Shown here: one piece after another, positions 29,639 through 39,436 of the stretch
Position numbering within the stretch: the stretch's first letter is position 1
Layout: each line of letters starts with the position of its first letter
From: an uncultured bacterium
GTDB taxonomy: Bacteria > Patescibacteriota > JACMRA01
Length of the DNA stretch: 64,000 bases
Assembly: GCA_963704645.1 (NCBI GenBank)
Contig: OY969926.1
Location: 384,001-448,000 of the forward strand
Direction of reading: 5' to 3'
Program-made: the position numbers and the translations under genes
The notes under the pieces: model-generated
Databases searched by the model: none
The model's input: the letters and a program-made list of their open reading frames with translations, nothing else
Told to the model about the DNA's origin: nothing

Positions 29639-30580
29639 CTACTTCTTCAAGCTTTCAATATACCAATCAAAAGTAAGCTTAAATCCTTCTTCGTAACTTG
29701 TTGGTTTTAAATTAGGAAACAAACTTTCAAATTTGCTAGAATCTAGGTTGTAATCGTTTTCGCTTTGATACATCATTTCGTGTAGTTCTCTTAAAATTGG
29801 AACAAAAATACCTAGCCACCAAGCTGTGTTTTGGCGTAGAGCTGTTAATTTTAGCTCTTTTCCAGAAATACTCTCCAATAATTTATGGAACTCTGTTCCT
29901 TTTAAGGGTTTCCCAGTTGGCAAATTAATGTTTCCAGAATAATTGCTTTCGGCCAGGGCAATTAAAGCTTCGGGGATGTCGTTTACAAAAGTGTAGTTAT
30001 GAATTTTTTCTGGGTTTCCAAATGCTTCAAATGTATTTTTGTTAATAATTAAATCAAAAAATCTGTCTCCTACAACAGATGTAGTTATGTTATGTCCATA
30101 AAAATCGGCTGATTTGGCTATAACGCCCTTAATTTCGCCTTTTTCAATAGCATCCAATACTAAGTCATCTAAAATTTTTCTAACCTTTCCTTTTTTGGTT
30201 TCTGGCTTTAGGGGTGAAGTTTCAAGCATTGGCCCTTCTACTAAACCGTAGCCATAAACATTATCAAAGAAAATTAGTTTAGCTCCGCTGTTTTTACAAG
30301 ATAAAATTATTCTAGAAATTAAAGGCTGCCATTCTTCTTCCCAAACCTTAGTTTTGTATTCTAGGCCAATTAACATGTAAATAGTTTCACTGCCCATGCT
30401 AACATTATCTAGCTCATTTTGTTCAGAATAATTTACTGCAAAATTTTCTACATTGGGTAAATCAAATTTAGGTTTATTTCTTCCAGCTGCTTTAACAATA
30501 TAGCCTTTTTGGGATAAAGCAAATACAAGCAACTTTCCAATATTCCCGGATGCTCCAAGTACCGTGACAGTTTTAGACAT
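29639..30580 (-). CDS. NAD-dependent epimerase/dehydratase family protein
   Basis: VLGASGNIG Rossmann motif; DNVYGYG, TKKGKVR, DFYG. Confidence 0.88.
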   Translation of the reverse strand: MSKTVTVLGASGNIGKLLVFALSQKGYIVKAAGRNKPKFDLPNVENFAVNYSEQNELDNVSMGSETIYMLIGLEYKTKVWEEEWQPLISRIILSCKNSGAKLIFFDNVYGYGLVEGPMLETSPLKPETKKGKVRKILDDLVLDAIEKGEIKGVIAKSADFYGHNITTSVVGDRFFDLIINKNTFEAFGNPEKIHNYTFVNDIPEALIALAESNYSGNINLPTGKPLKGTEFHKLLESISGKELKLTALRQNTAWWLGIFVPILRELHEMMYQSENDYNLDSSKFESLFPNLKPTSYEEGFKLTFDWYIESLKK

Positions 30581-30708
30581 GTGCCAGTTAGTAATTCTTA
30601 AAATATCTTTGTCAATTTAAACAAGGCGTAGCCACAACCAAATGTATTATCTTAATATAATTATTGACTAATTTAAGTTATGCTATAAATATTAGTAGTG
30701 TTTTAATA

Positions 30709-31011
30709 ATGGACAACATAATGGCAGTAGCAGAATTGCTGAATTACATGGTAGATTCACCTCCTGTTGCAGCAGAGATTGTTAAAAGGTTAACATGTAG
30801 AACGCTAAATGAAAATACTACAGTTTTTTTGAAAAGCGATTCCACTGTTATTGTAGTCTCATACGACCGCAGCCTTATTGAAAATTACAAACAATTGTTT
30901 GCAGACACGGGTAATGAATTTGAGCTAATGACTTACAATTCAATTTGGGGAATAGAAACCGCCTTTCCAGATTATAACGAAGCTCTTGAATTCTATAATA
31001 ACTTAATTTAA
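30709..31011 (+). CDS. Hypothetical protein
   Basis: ATG at 30709 downstream of TTGACT; C-terminus resembles that of 29175-29561. Confidence 0.55.
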   Translation: MDNIMAVAELLNYMVDSPPVAAEIVKRLTCRTLNENTTVFLKSDSTVIVVSYDRSLIENYKQLFADTGNEFELMTYNSIWGIETAFPDYNEALEFYNNLI

Positions 31012-31064
31012 TATAACAAATTATTAAATTTAAATCGCTCCTAAAAATTTTAGGGGCTTTATTA

Positions 31065-31478
31065 TTATATTTTTTCCAAACCGTTCAAAATTGAAAATAC
31101 TAACTCTGGAGATTGTCCTCCTACCAAATCTTGTGTTAATTTGCTATAAACATTAGCTAATTTAAGCTCTGTGGTTTGTTCTAAACCTAATTCATTAAAC
31201 TCTACAAATGCAGCTGCTAAAATAGCTTTTACAAGTAAAAATGTTTTGCTTGAAGTACGAAGTTTCAATTCTAAAAAACTTTGAAAGTCGGAATCTAATT
31301 CTTGTAATTTAGAAACTTTTGTTGAAACAAATTCAGTCCATCCTTCGGGGTAAATAAAATCTTCAATTATGGGCAGCTCAGAAATATCTTCTTGTAGTAT
31401 GTTGGAATCGTAATCTTTCCAGAACAGAATTTGATATATTTTACTAACCAGAAGAAATCTATTTTCTTTTAGCCACAT
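31065..31478 (-). CDS. Divergent NusB-like protein
   Basis: ILAAAFVEF...NVYSKLTQ...SPELVFSILNGL loosely match the NusB C-terminal motifs; lies directly downstream of rpmF. Confidence 0.5.
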   Translation of the reverse strand: MWLKENRFLLVSKIYQILFWKDYDSNILQEDISELPIIEDFIYPEGWTEFVSTKVSKLQELDSDFQSFLELKLRTSSKTFLLVKAILAAAFVEFNELGLEQTTELKLANVYSKLTQDLVGGQSPELVFSILNGLEKI

Positions 31479-31491
31479 AATTTAAAAATAA

Positions 31492-31677
31492 CTAAACTAA
31501 CTTAGCTAAAATTTTCTTTCCTTTGTAAAAACCACAGTTAGCACATACTGCATGTGGTCTTACTCTGCTTGCACAATTTGAACAGGTAGCTAATTGCACA
31601 GCAAATACTTTACCGTGTCCTTGACTTCTTCTATTTCCTTGTCTTCTTTTGGTTAATCTTTTTTTAGGTACAGCCAT
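31492..31677 (-). CDS. rpmF: 50S ribosomal protein L32
   Basis: MAVPKKR...CSNC...HAVCANCGFYKG. Confidence 0.95.
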   Translation of the reverse strand: MAVPKKRLTKRRQGNRRSQGHGKVFAVQLATCSNCASRVRPHAVCANCGFYKGKKILAKLV

Positions 31678-31678
31678 A

Positions 31679-32401
31679 CTAATTTTTTAATACAATGGTT
31701 TGGGCGATACTATCATGTACACTCATTTTGGTAGACCTTGTCAAGATAAGAATCAAACTTGCTGTTTGTAACCAGCTTAAAATTGCCACAAAAGTACCAA
31801 AACTAGGGTTTAAATAGCTAATTGCTAAAAAGATAAATAACATTACCCAAACAGTCTCACGTGCCACACTTTGTATCCAAGAAATTGGTTTTTGGGTTAA
31901 ACTTAAAACCTTTATTTTGAATAATTTTTTACCTAAAGTATTAAACTTTGACTTGGTAAGAATTATAAAATAGATACAATGAATAGTAAGCAACATTAAA
32001 ATATTATAGAAGTTTACCCAGCCAATATATGGCAATGTTTTATTACAAATGCTTTTTTGTGATTCTTCTATGTCACAATTTAAAAGTTTTTCAGTTTGAT
32101 CTAAGCTAATGTCAGTTCTAGTAAACTGAGAAATTAAAAATTCCTGCGAATCTTTGGGTATAAAAGATATTACAAAAGTAGAAACAAACCCAGATAAAAT
32201 TACAAAAGCAAATAAAACTAGGCACAAATCTAGTATTCTAGCTAAAATTCTTTTGTAGGTATGGGCGTAATTTAGTGGCTCTTCTGTTTTAAAGCCAACA
32301 AAGCCGTTACCAACTGTGATAATTGGAATTTCATGGTCTAAATTAGCCTCTGGCAAAGTAGAGGTTTTGTTGAATAATTTTTTCAAATTACGCTTCAGCA
32401 T
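31679..32401 (-). CDS. RDD family protein
   Basis: [30 protein letters not shown]. Confidence 0.85.
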   Translation of the reverse strand: MLKRNLKKLFNKTSTLPEANLDHEIPIITVGNGFVGFKTEEPLNYAHTYKRILARILDLCLVLFAFVILSGFVSTFVISFIPKDSQEFLISQFTRTDISLDQTEKLLNCDIEESQKSICNKTLPYIGWVNFYNILMLLTIHCIYFIILTKSKFNTLGKKLFKIKVLSLTQKPISWIQSVARETVWVMLFIFLAISYLNPSFGTFVAILSWLQTASLILILTRSTKMSVHDSIAQTIVLKN

Positions 32402-32675
32402 GTGGAAGAACGCTAAGGAAAGTTCTTTTTTGTAAGTTACCGTTGAAAGCTAACACTTTCTTCTTAGTAAATTCAACATGTCCATCAATTAAAGAAATTA
32501 ATGTATCGTCACCTGTAATTTTTGTATTAGGTCCAGCATGAAACTTTGTTCCTCTTTGTCTAACTAAAATTTCCCCAGCAAATACCATTTCACTGCCAAA
32601 CTTTTTGACTCCAAGTCTTTTAGATTTTGAATCTCGGTTATTACGGGTAGATCCCGCAGCTTTCTTATGTGCCAT
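32388..32675 (-). CDS. rpmA: 50S ribosomal protein L27
   Basis: [24 protein letters not shown]. Confidence 0.97.
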   Translation of the reverse strand: MAHKKAAGSTRNNRDSKSKRLGVKKFGSEMVFAGEILVRQRGTKFHAGPNTKITGDDTLISLIDGHVEFTKKKVLAFNGNLQKRTFLSVLPHAEA

Positions 32676-32726
32676 ATTTTGTGTAATTTAATAAATATTT
32701 GAATATATTGTTTTAATAGTTGGATA

Positions 32727-33128
32727 CTAACGCTTACTCCATTGTTCGCTCTTTCTGGCTTTTCTTTTACCAGCTCTTTTGGCTAAAACTTTTCTAATAT
32801 CGGTTGTAAGAAGATTGTACATTCTAAGAATTGGTCTTGTTCCTTCGTCTTTCTTAACAAGTGCTTTAGCAATAGCTAATTTTACAGCATCAGATTGACC
32901 GCTTTGACCTCCACCTTTAACAAAAATTTGAATTTTGCCAGAACTAATTCCAGTTTGTTCAACTGCCATTTTTAGCTTGTTTAAGAACAAACCTTGAAAA
33001 TATTGCTCCATTGGTTTACCGTTAACTAGAATTTCTAGTGTAGGTTGGGCAAATATTTTGGCTCTTGCTGTAGATCTTTTTCTTCGGCCTACACCTTTGT
33101 GGTAGGTAGTTTCGGTACTCATAAACAT
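32727..33128 (-). CDS. rpsI: 30S ribosomal protein S9
   Basis: GRRKRSTAR, VKGGGQSGQ, QWSKR. Confidence 0.95.
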   Translation of the reverse strand: MFMSTETTYHKGVGRRKRSTARAKIFAQPTLEILVNGKPMEQYFQGLFLNKLKMAVEQTGISSGKIQIFVKGGGQSGQSDAVKLAIAKALVKKDEGTRPILRMYNLLTTDIRKVLAKRAGKRKARKSEQWSKR

Positions 33129-33174
33129 AACTATTCCAAATCAATGCCATTCTTTTGTCAAGCATCAATTACTA

Positions 33175-33654
33175 TTAAGCTCTTTTGTAGTCGTCTTCGT
33201 ATCTGGTAATATCGTCTTCGCCAGTATATTCACCAACTTGAACTTCAACAATAACCAAAGGAATTTTACCATAATTTGCTAGTCTATGTTGGGCGTTCAT
33301 AGGAATAAAAGTGCTTTCATTTGGTGCTAAAGTTTGAACCCAATCTTTTTCGTTTTCTCCAATTCTAACTTCTACGTGAGCAGTTCCCGAAACAACTATC
33401 CAGTGTTCACTGCGATGATTATGACTTTGCAAACTTAAACGGTTATCTGGGTTAACTACAATTTTCTTAACTTTAAAGTTTGGTTTATCTTCTAAAACGT
33501 AATAGGCTCCCCAAGGGCGAACACCAATTTCTAAATAATGCTCTTCCTTAGCAGTTTCGGGAATATTGCTTAAAATTTCTTGAACTTTCTCTTGGCTTAA
33601 ATTGGCCAAATTATTAACTGAAATATTTTCAGAATCATTATTGATGTTAGACAT
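33175..33654 (-). CDS. Mannose-6-phosphate isomerase type II C-terminal cupin protein
   Basis: RPWGAY, LSLQSHNHRSEHW, EVQVGEYTGEDDI. Start placed at ATG 33654. Confidence 0.88.
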   Translation of the reverse strand: MSNINNDSENISVNNLANLSQEKVQEILSNIPETAKEEHYLEIGVRPWGAYYVLEDKPNFKVKKIVVNPDNRLSLQSHNHRSEHWIVVSGTAHVEVRIGENEKDWVQTLAPNESTFIPMNAQHRLANYGKIPLVIVEVQVGEYTGEDDITRYEDDYKRA

Positions 33655-33720
33655 AACCAGTACAGAATAAGCACGGGTAAAGACAGATGTCAAGGTTAAA
33701 TGTCGTTGTAAATTATTGTC

Positions 33721-33743
33721 GTAGGGGCGAGTCCCATCTCGCC
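33721..33743 (+). repeat. REP-like element
   Basis: GTAGGGGCGAGTCCCATCTCGCC. Confidence 0.65.
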
Positions 33744-33883
33744 ATATCTGGTTAAATTTACTCTGCACAATTATATTTTTACTCTCAGATTTGAGGATTT
33801 AAATTCAAAATATTTTAAAATATAAGCAAAACTTTAACCAAAAAAGAAAGCCTCGATTAAAACCAAGGTCTATTATACATTAT

Positions 33884-34363
33884 CTAACTCATTAAAAGTT
33901 CTAATTGTTGAAGCCAAATTTTTTTCCCCAATTCAGAGAAGTCGACAGATTCAAATCCGCAAGTTTCTTTTGAAGGAAATTCTACTAATTGCCCAAGTGA
34001 TAAAGATACATATCTATACGCTTTAGCCTTTTCTGCAATATCGTTTCCATTGTACCTTTGCTTTAATGATTTAGTTATTATTACCAAATCTGGATTTATT
34101 TTTTCTATTAATTGTATAACCTCATCCAGCGGCTGGCAAGAGAATAAATTATTTTCTATGTCTTCATTCTGTGTTTCTAGGTTTCCAACAATTATTCCAA
34201 AAGTAGAATACCCTTCATTTTCTAAAATTTTAGTTAAAGCCCAGGCATGACCGTAACAAGCTGATATAACCAATATTTTAATCAAAGTAATCCACCAAAA
34301 AATACCTAGACTTTGAAAAGTTAAATTAAATAAAATGTAAAGTTTGCAAGATTTGTGAACCAA
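33884..34363 (-). CDS. Hypothetical protein, degenerate receiver-like domain (true start probably ~34286)
   Basis: KILVI...LENEGY...PDLVII...G.DIA pattern without the acidic pocket. Confidence 0.45.
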   Translation of the reverse strand: MVHKSCKLYILFNLTFQSLGIFWWITLIKILVISACYGHAWALTKILENEGYSTFGIIVGNLETQNEDIENNLFSCQPLDEVIQLIEKINPDLVIITKSLKQRYNGNDIAEKAKAYRYVSLSLGQLVEFPSKETCGFESVDFSELGKKIWLQQLELLMS

Positions 34364-34399
34364 AAAAGAAAGCCCTCGGGTGAGGGTTTTTGAAAAAAG

Positions 34400-34855
34400 T
34401 TATTCAGTGAGCTGAGTTAAATTATCCAAGTTTGGATCGGAAGTTGATGCCATGAAGAATCGGGGGCAGTTGTGAGATAAGGCGAAGAAGTTTGGATGTC
34501 TGGAGGAGATATCCGTGCAAATGCCATTTCTAAGATAGTTAGCAATTGTGGATTGATCCAGAGAGGAAATTAAGATAACATCGCAGTCGTTTTGTCTTTT
34601 GGATAAAATTTCATCCAGTACAGATAGAAAGTGAACATGATGTTCAGATGCATGATAGGTTCCAAAAATGGCAACGCGACTAAGTGTGTTTTTTTTGATT
34701 TTCCCTAATGCAGTTTCCAAATCGTCATGGTCGATACCTTTTCCTTGCTGATTTAGTACCAAGTTAAAACTTTCCAAGTCAGGCATTTGCTCATTTTCGT
34801 CGGGCAGTCTCATTAAAACTATGAGGCTATACATATCTTTCTCCTTAAATTTCAA
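34400..34855 (-). CDS. Hypothetical protein
   Basis: ORF with AAGGAG before the internal ATG (MYSL) and a terminator at 34369-34392. Confidence 0.55.
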   Translation of the reverse strand: MKFKEKDMYSLIVLMRLPDENEQMPDLESFNLVLNQQGKGIDHDDLETALGKIKKNTLSRVAIFGTYHASEHHVHFLSVLDEILSKRQNDCDVILISSLDQSTIANYLRNGICTDISSRHPNFFALSHNCPRFFMASTSDPNLDNLTQLTE

Positions 34856-34932
34856 TAATTTCTTAAACTGATTTGCCTAAGAAATATAAGCTTATAATCA
34901 CAAAATTTGGTTTAGGGCAAGGTGGGAAATTA

Positions 34933-35463
34933 CTATATAACTTTATCCACCAAACCCTTTTTCCCAAAACTTATGGCTTCCTGGACTGTTAATATTTTTA
35001 CGGGAACGCATTGTTTCTCAAACTCCAACTTGCTTATTCCGCAACGCTTAATTGTTAGATTTACAAATTGTTGATACTGAATTTCCGCATGCTCAGTATA
35101 CCTTTTTAATTCCTCGTAAGACATATCGTCGGCGTGATGGGAAGATGGGTGAAGTAAAAATCTGGTTATTTCCGTCGCTGTTCTTTCTTTTCCATATTGC
35201 AATACAACCACAGCTGCAGAACCGCACCAACCTGTAGCCAAACAATTTACAGTTTTTTTAGAAAGCCTGATATGTTCGCAAATAGCAAAAGCCGCAACCA
35301 AAGATCCGCCGCCACTACAAATTGTTATTAAAATATCTTTACAATCCTCATTTTTGTTAGCCAAATCAATTTCTTGAATAACACTTTTAGCCGAATCAAA
35401 GTTTATACCACCAAACAAATATATATTTTTAGTAAATCTCTCAGGTTTAGCTGTCTTGTTCAT
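34933..35463 (-). CDS. ClpP-like peptidase
   Basis: IYLFGGI, ICSGGGS, GWCGSAA, LLHP, EAISFG..LVDKV. Confidence 0.8.
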   Translation of the reverse strand: MNKTAKPERFTKNIYLFGGINFDSAKSVIQEIDLANKNEDCKDILITICSGGGSLVAAFAICEHIRLSKKTVNCLATGWCGSAAVVVLQYGKERTATEITRFLLHPSSHHADDMSYEELKRYTEHAEIQYQQFVNLTIKRCGISKLEFEKQCVPVKILTVQEAISFGKKGLVDKVI

Positions 35464-35689
35464 AAGAAAATTGAATTTAAACCAGATATTTTGGTCAATG
35501 TAAATTGTCTATATACAAAATACGGGTTATTAATATGTTATAAGTTTTGAAAAGCTGAGTTGTTTCAATTGTCTCATATTATGAAAAGAAACTTTCACTA
35601 AAAAGGATGGTGTTAGAGAGAATTATGGCTGATGCAACTCCAAAACCATAAAATTTTACAGTTTTAGTTTAGTTGTTTATCTAATCAGT

Positions 35690-36328
35690 ATGTCTAAAAA
35701 TAACTCATTAATAATTGCTGCGGTTGTGGTAACTTTAATAATTGTTATTGGTGGAGGAAGCTATGTTTTCTCTCAAATGAATCTATCTAATAATGAGGCT
35801 AGCAATAAACTAAGCACTTCTCGTTATAATTTTATGGAAGGCGTGGATCACTCCAAAATGAGCATGAGTATTTCCGCAATGGTTAAAGATGATGAAACTT
35901 TTTTAGCAGAAATGATTCCACATCATCAAGAAGCAATAGATACATCTAGAATTATTATAGCTAAATCAAATGATTCAGAACTTAAACAATTTGCCCAAAC
36001 TGTTATTAACGATCAAACCAAAGAAATTGATCAAATGAAGACATGGTATAAAACCTTCTTTAATAAAGATTACGCTGGTACAAGCACTAATATGATGGGT
36101 GATTTAACCAAGCTTTCTGGTACAGAATTAGATAAAGCCTATGTTAAAGGAATGATTGAACATCACCAAGGGGCAATTGATATGGCCAATAAAATTCTTA
36201 CTTTAACCCAAAGAGAAGAAATTAAAACTTTAGCTAATAATATAATTTCAAGTCAAAGCAAAGAAATATCCACACTTAAAACTTGGATGATGAGTAAATA
36301 TGATGACCGCTCAATGATGGGGATGTAG
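35690..36328 (+). CDS. DUF305 domain protein
   Basis: Two MIxHHQxAIxM repeats. Confidence 0.9.
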   Translation: MSKNNSLIIAAVVVTLIIVIGGGSYVFSQMNLSNNEASNKLSTSRYNFMEGVDHSKMSMSISAMVKDDETFLAEMIPHHQEAIDTSRIIIAKSNDSELKQFAQTVINDQTKEIDQMKTWYKTFFNKDYAGTSTNMMGDLTKLSGTELDKAYVKGMIEHHQGAIDMANKILTLTQREEIKTLANNIISSQSKEISTLKTWMMSKYDDRSMMGM

Positions 36329-36338
36329 TATCAGACTT

Positions 36339-37493
36339 TTAAAATAGCGTATTAATTAAACTGTCCATCTTTTCGAAGAAATTGGCCGAAGAAAATTGTA
36401 AACTTTGTTGTCTGCTTGCTTCTTTCATGCTTAAAGCTTTTTCTGGTGTCATTTCTTGAATGGCTTCCATTAAATCCTCAACTTTTGGGTTAGCTGGAAT
36501 TAAAATACCAGTTTCTCCATCAATAATTGTATCAATTAAAGCTCCTTCTGCTACGCCAATTACAGGTTTTCCTGCGCTCATAATTTCACACTGGGTTATA
36601 CCAGCATCTTCATTAATAGGAATAGTTATTCCAGCAATGCAATTTCCTACTAATTGGTTCAATCTTTCGTCAGTAACCAGCCCTTCAAAAACAATGTTGG
36701 TTAAATTACGCTCTTGAATAGTATTTTTCACCCATTCTTTTAGTGGTCCTGTAGAGCAAATTATCAATTTTTTATCTGGCATTCTAGCAAAAGCTTCAAT
36801 TATCATCTCTGTTCTTTTTAAAGGTTCAAGCCGAGAATAAGAAACATAATAATCTTCTTGTCCTAAAAATTTAAACCTATCAGTTTCTACGGCTGGGAAA
36901 ATTACTTCAGAATCAATTCCTACAAAATCTTTTAATCTTTTTTGAGTGTTTTCTGAATTGCTAATAATTAAATCCATTTTTAACATATCTTGCTTGTATT
37001 GCCAAACTACTAAAGCTGCAAAAAGCTTAATAAAAGGTCTGAATAAGAATGGATTTTTTTGGATATTAGATTCCAACTGATCTGTAAAAGGTCTTGGCGG
37101 TGTATGGCAATAAGCTACAAGTTTGGTCTTTGAATTTCTTAACCTAAAGGGAACTATACCTATGTTACCGCTGAAAATAACTACATCATAATTTTTTAAT
37201 TCTTCCAGTTTTGAGCTTAACAAAAAGGCTAATTGCCTCTGAATTTTCCTCCAAATTGGTATTTTACTGTCTTCGTGTAGGTACACAAATTTCCCCAATC
37301 CAGAAAATAATTGCTTAGAAAAACTGTCACTTTCCATATTATTTCTATCCCAAATTTTGGTGTCTAAAGCCCCGGTAAATAAATCGGCTTTATAGTGATC
37401 ACGTATGTGTAGAATTAATTTCTCTCCTCCTCCTTTAACTACAAAAAAAGCGTGAATAATAGCATATTTTAGCTTCCCATTTTTCTCTTTCAT
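36339..37493 (-). CDS. Glycosyltransferase family 4
   Basis: GGGEK, YCHTPPR, EDAGITQCEIMSAGKPVI. Start placed at ATG 37493. Confidence 0.9.
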   Translation of the reverse strand: MKEKNGKLKYAIIHAFFVVKGGGEKLILHIRDHYKADLFTGALDTKIWDRNNMESDSFSKQLFSGLGKFVYLHEDSKIPIWRKIQRQLAFLLSSKLEELKNYDVVIFSGNIGIVPFRLRNSKTKLVAYCHTPPRPFTDQLESNIQKNPFLFRPFIKLFAALVVWQYKQDMLKMDLIISNSENTQKRLKDFVGIDSEVIFPAVETDRFKFLGQEDYYVSYSRLEPLKRTEMIIEAFARMPDKKLIICSTGPLKEWVKNTIQERNLTNIVFEGLVTDERLNQLVGNCIAGITIPINEDAGITQCEIMSAGKPVIGVAEGALIDTIIDGETGILIPANPKVEDLMEAIQEMTPEKALSMKEASRQQSLQFSSANFFEKMDSLINTLF

Positions 37494-37777
37494 ATATAAG
37501 GTAATACGAATTGGTAAACAGTTTGTCAAAGGGTGGAAATAAATTTTCTGGATATGAATATTAGTACTTCAGATTAAGTTAGCACCCTAAATTTATTTTA
37601 GTAGACTTATGTTTGATTGTCTTGATTGAACCAAATTTTGAATTTTATCCAAGTGAAGGAAAGTTGAAGAAACAAATCCCTATCCTCGGAAAAAGGTTGC
37701 CATACTCTTTCCTAAATACTCTACAAACAAAACAGCCACATCAAAGTGGCCGACACATCAAGCTATTTTTTATAAAT

Positions 37778-39274
37778 TTAGAATAAGTTTCTAATATCTA
37801 TTTTTCTTTTTGCAGATCCATTTTCTTCAGGCTTATTAGTTTTATTTTCTTCGGAAGAGCTATTTGTGGAATCCATTTTCTGCAAGCTATTTAATTTGTC
37901 TCTAGAATTATCCTTGGAAGTATCTTTAGAGTTTGGATCAGATAAAAGTTGTTCTAATTTGGAAACTTTGGCCATTAGCAATTCTAACTTTTTCTCGTTG
38001 GCTTCACCGTTACCAAAAACATCAACACTAGATTTACCAGAGTTGTTGGAATTTTGTCTCATATTAGATTCTAATTCTTTCTGAATTCTGTAAAATCTGT
38101 CTAAATCGCGTCTTGAATCTTCAACTTGCAAAGTTAAATCTCTAATAGCAATTCTGCTTTCTTCTTCCTTCTTGTTCAATCTTTCTGCTAAAGAAATATT
38201 CTGGTCGTTCATTTCCAGAAGCTTTGCAGTCATTCCTTCAACATAGTCGGCTACACCTTCAATGCCAATCATTAAATCCATAACTTTGGCTAAAAAACTA
38301 CCGTAATTGTCTTGATATTCTTTCTGGGAAACATAACTTTTCTCTCTGCTTTCTTGAAAATCTTGGTACAATTTTTCTAAACTAGTTCTAGCTGCAATTT
38401 CACGTAATTTGGTGAAACTAAAAGGGTTTTTCTTAGCTTGGTTGCTTTGTCCAGGGTTATTTCTACCGGTATTGTCTGAACTTTCTGCGTCTGTGTTTAA
38501 TTTAGTCTCTGAAAAATCTTGTCTATCTTGAGATCTTCTTTGGTTTTGGTTTCTTCCTTTCGGTGCATTATTTTGGAAAGTGAACTCGTCAGAGCTTGGA
38601 GTTTTATTTTCTAAAACAGGATTTGGAGCATATTTTGATTGCCCAAATTGCTTAGCGTTTGCATCAAAATCTGGTTGAGAATTTTGATTATTAGATTGAA
38701 CTGCTTGTTGATTAATATTGTTGTTTTTTGGTTTTGGCTGGTTATCAGAGGGCTTAGCAAAACTTGCAACTTCAGGTACTGGGTTAATTAAAGGAATTTC
38801 TGGTTGTGCTAAAGCTGGTTTAGAAGGTTTGTTTTCACTTCCAACATCAATGGAATTATTTGGGATTAAAACTTCAGTTTTTATTTCTGGCTTTAGTATT
38901 TCTGGAGTGGCTGTTTCTTCTGGAATGTTAATAGCAACAGGCTCAGTAATTTGTACAGAATTTAAACTTTGGGCTGGTTGGCTTGTAACTTGCTCGGTTG
39001 GAGCAACGCTTGGCGATACAATTGTTGGAATCACTTCTGTGTTTTGAACTTTGGCAGAATCTGATGCTAAATTAAAACCTTCTGGAATAACTTCTTTTTG
39101 GTTTTCTACCCACATGGCGTGAAGAGTTTCTACTAATTCATTTTGTTGTTCTACGCTGGCATTTTCTAGCCAATTAGTCCATTCTTGTTTTTCTTCCGGG
39201 CTAAGAAAATAGCTAGAATTTATTGCTTCATTTGGTTTAATTGGAAAACCGTCTGGGTAAGAGATTGGCTGCAT
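37778..39274 (-). CDS. Hypothetical protein with a low-complexity linker and coiled coil
   Basis: 498-aa ORF. Confidence 0.7.
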   Translation of the reverse strand: MQPISYPDGFPIKPNEAINSSYFLSPEEKQEWTNWLENASVEQQNELVETLHAMWVENQKEVIPEGFNLASDSAKVQNTEVIPTIVSPSVAPTEQVTSQPAQSLNSVQITEPVAINIPEETATPEILKPEIKTEVLIPNNSIDVGSENKPSKPALAQPEIPLINPVPEVASFAKPSDNQPKPKNNNINQQAVQSNNQNSQPDFDANAKQFGQSKYAPNPVLENKTPSSDEFTFQNNAPKGRNQNQRRSQDRQDFSETKLNTDAESSDNTGRNNPGQSNQAKKNPFSFTKLREIAARTSLEKLYQDFQESREKSYVSQKEYQDNYGSFLAKVMDLMIGIEGVADYVEGMTAKLLEMNDQNISLAERLNKKEEESRIAIRDLTLQVEDSRRDLDRFYRIQKELESNMRQNSNNSGKSSVDVFGNGEANEKKLELLMAKVSKLEQLLSDPNSKDTSKDNSRDKLNSLQKMDSTNSSSEENKTNKPEENGSAKRKIDIRNLF

Positions 39275-39436
39275 ACTATTGTTTGTTAAAAATTAACTTT
39301 TACCTTTTCATTATATCAGATAAAATGTCTTTTGACTAGTAAAACAAATTACAACATTTTTATTTCATTTCACCCTGCCAAAATCAGTTCCTTGACGAAA
39401 TCTAAAAATACAGGGCATTTTAAATTTAAATAGTGT

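Noticed and set aside
35600-35650. Fluoride-riboswitch-like words (GATGGTGTT...GCTGATG) upstream of DUF305
   Set aside because: The required P1 and pseudoknot pairings could not be built and the downstream gene does not fit.
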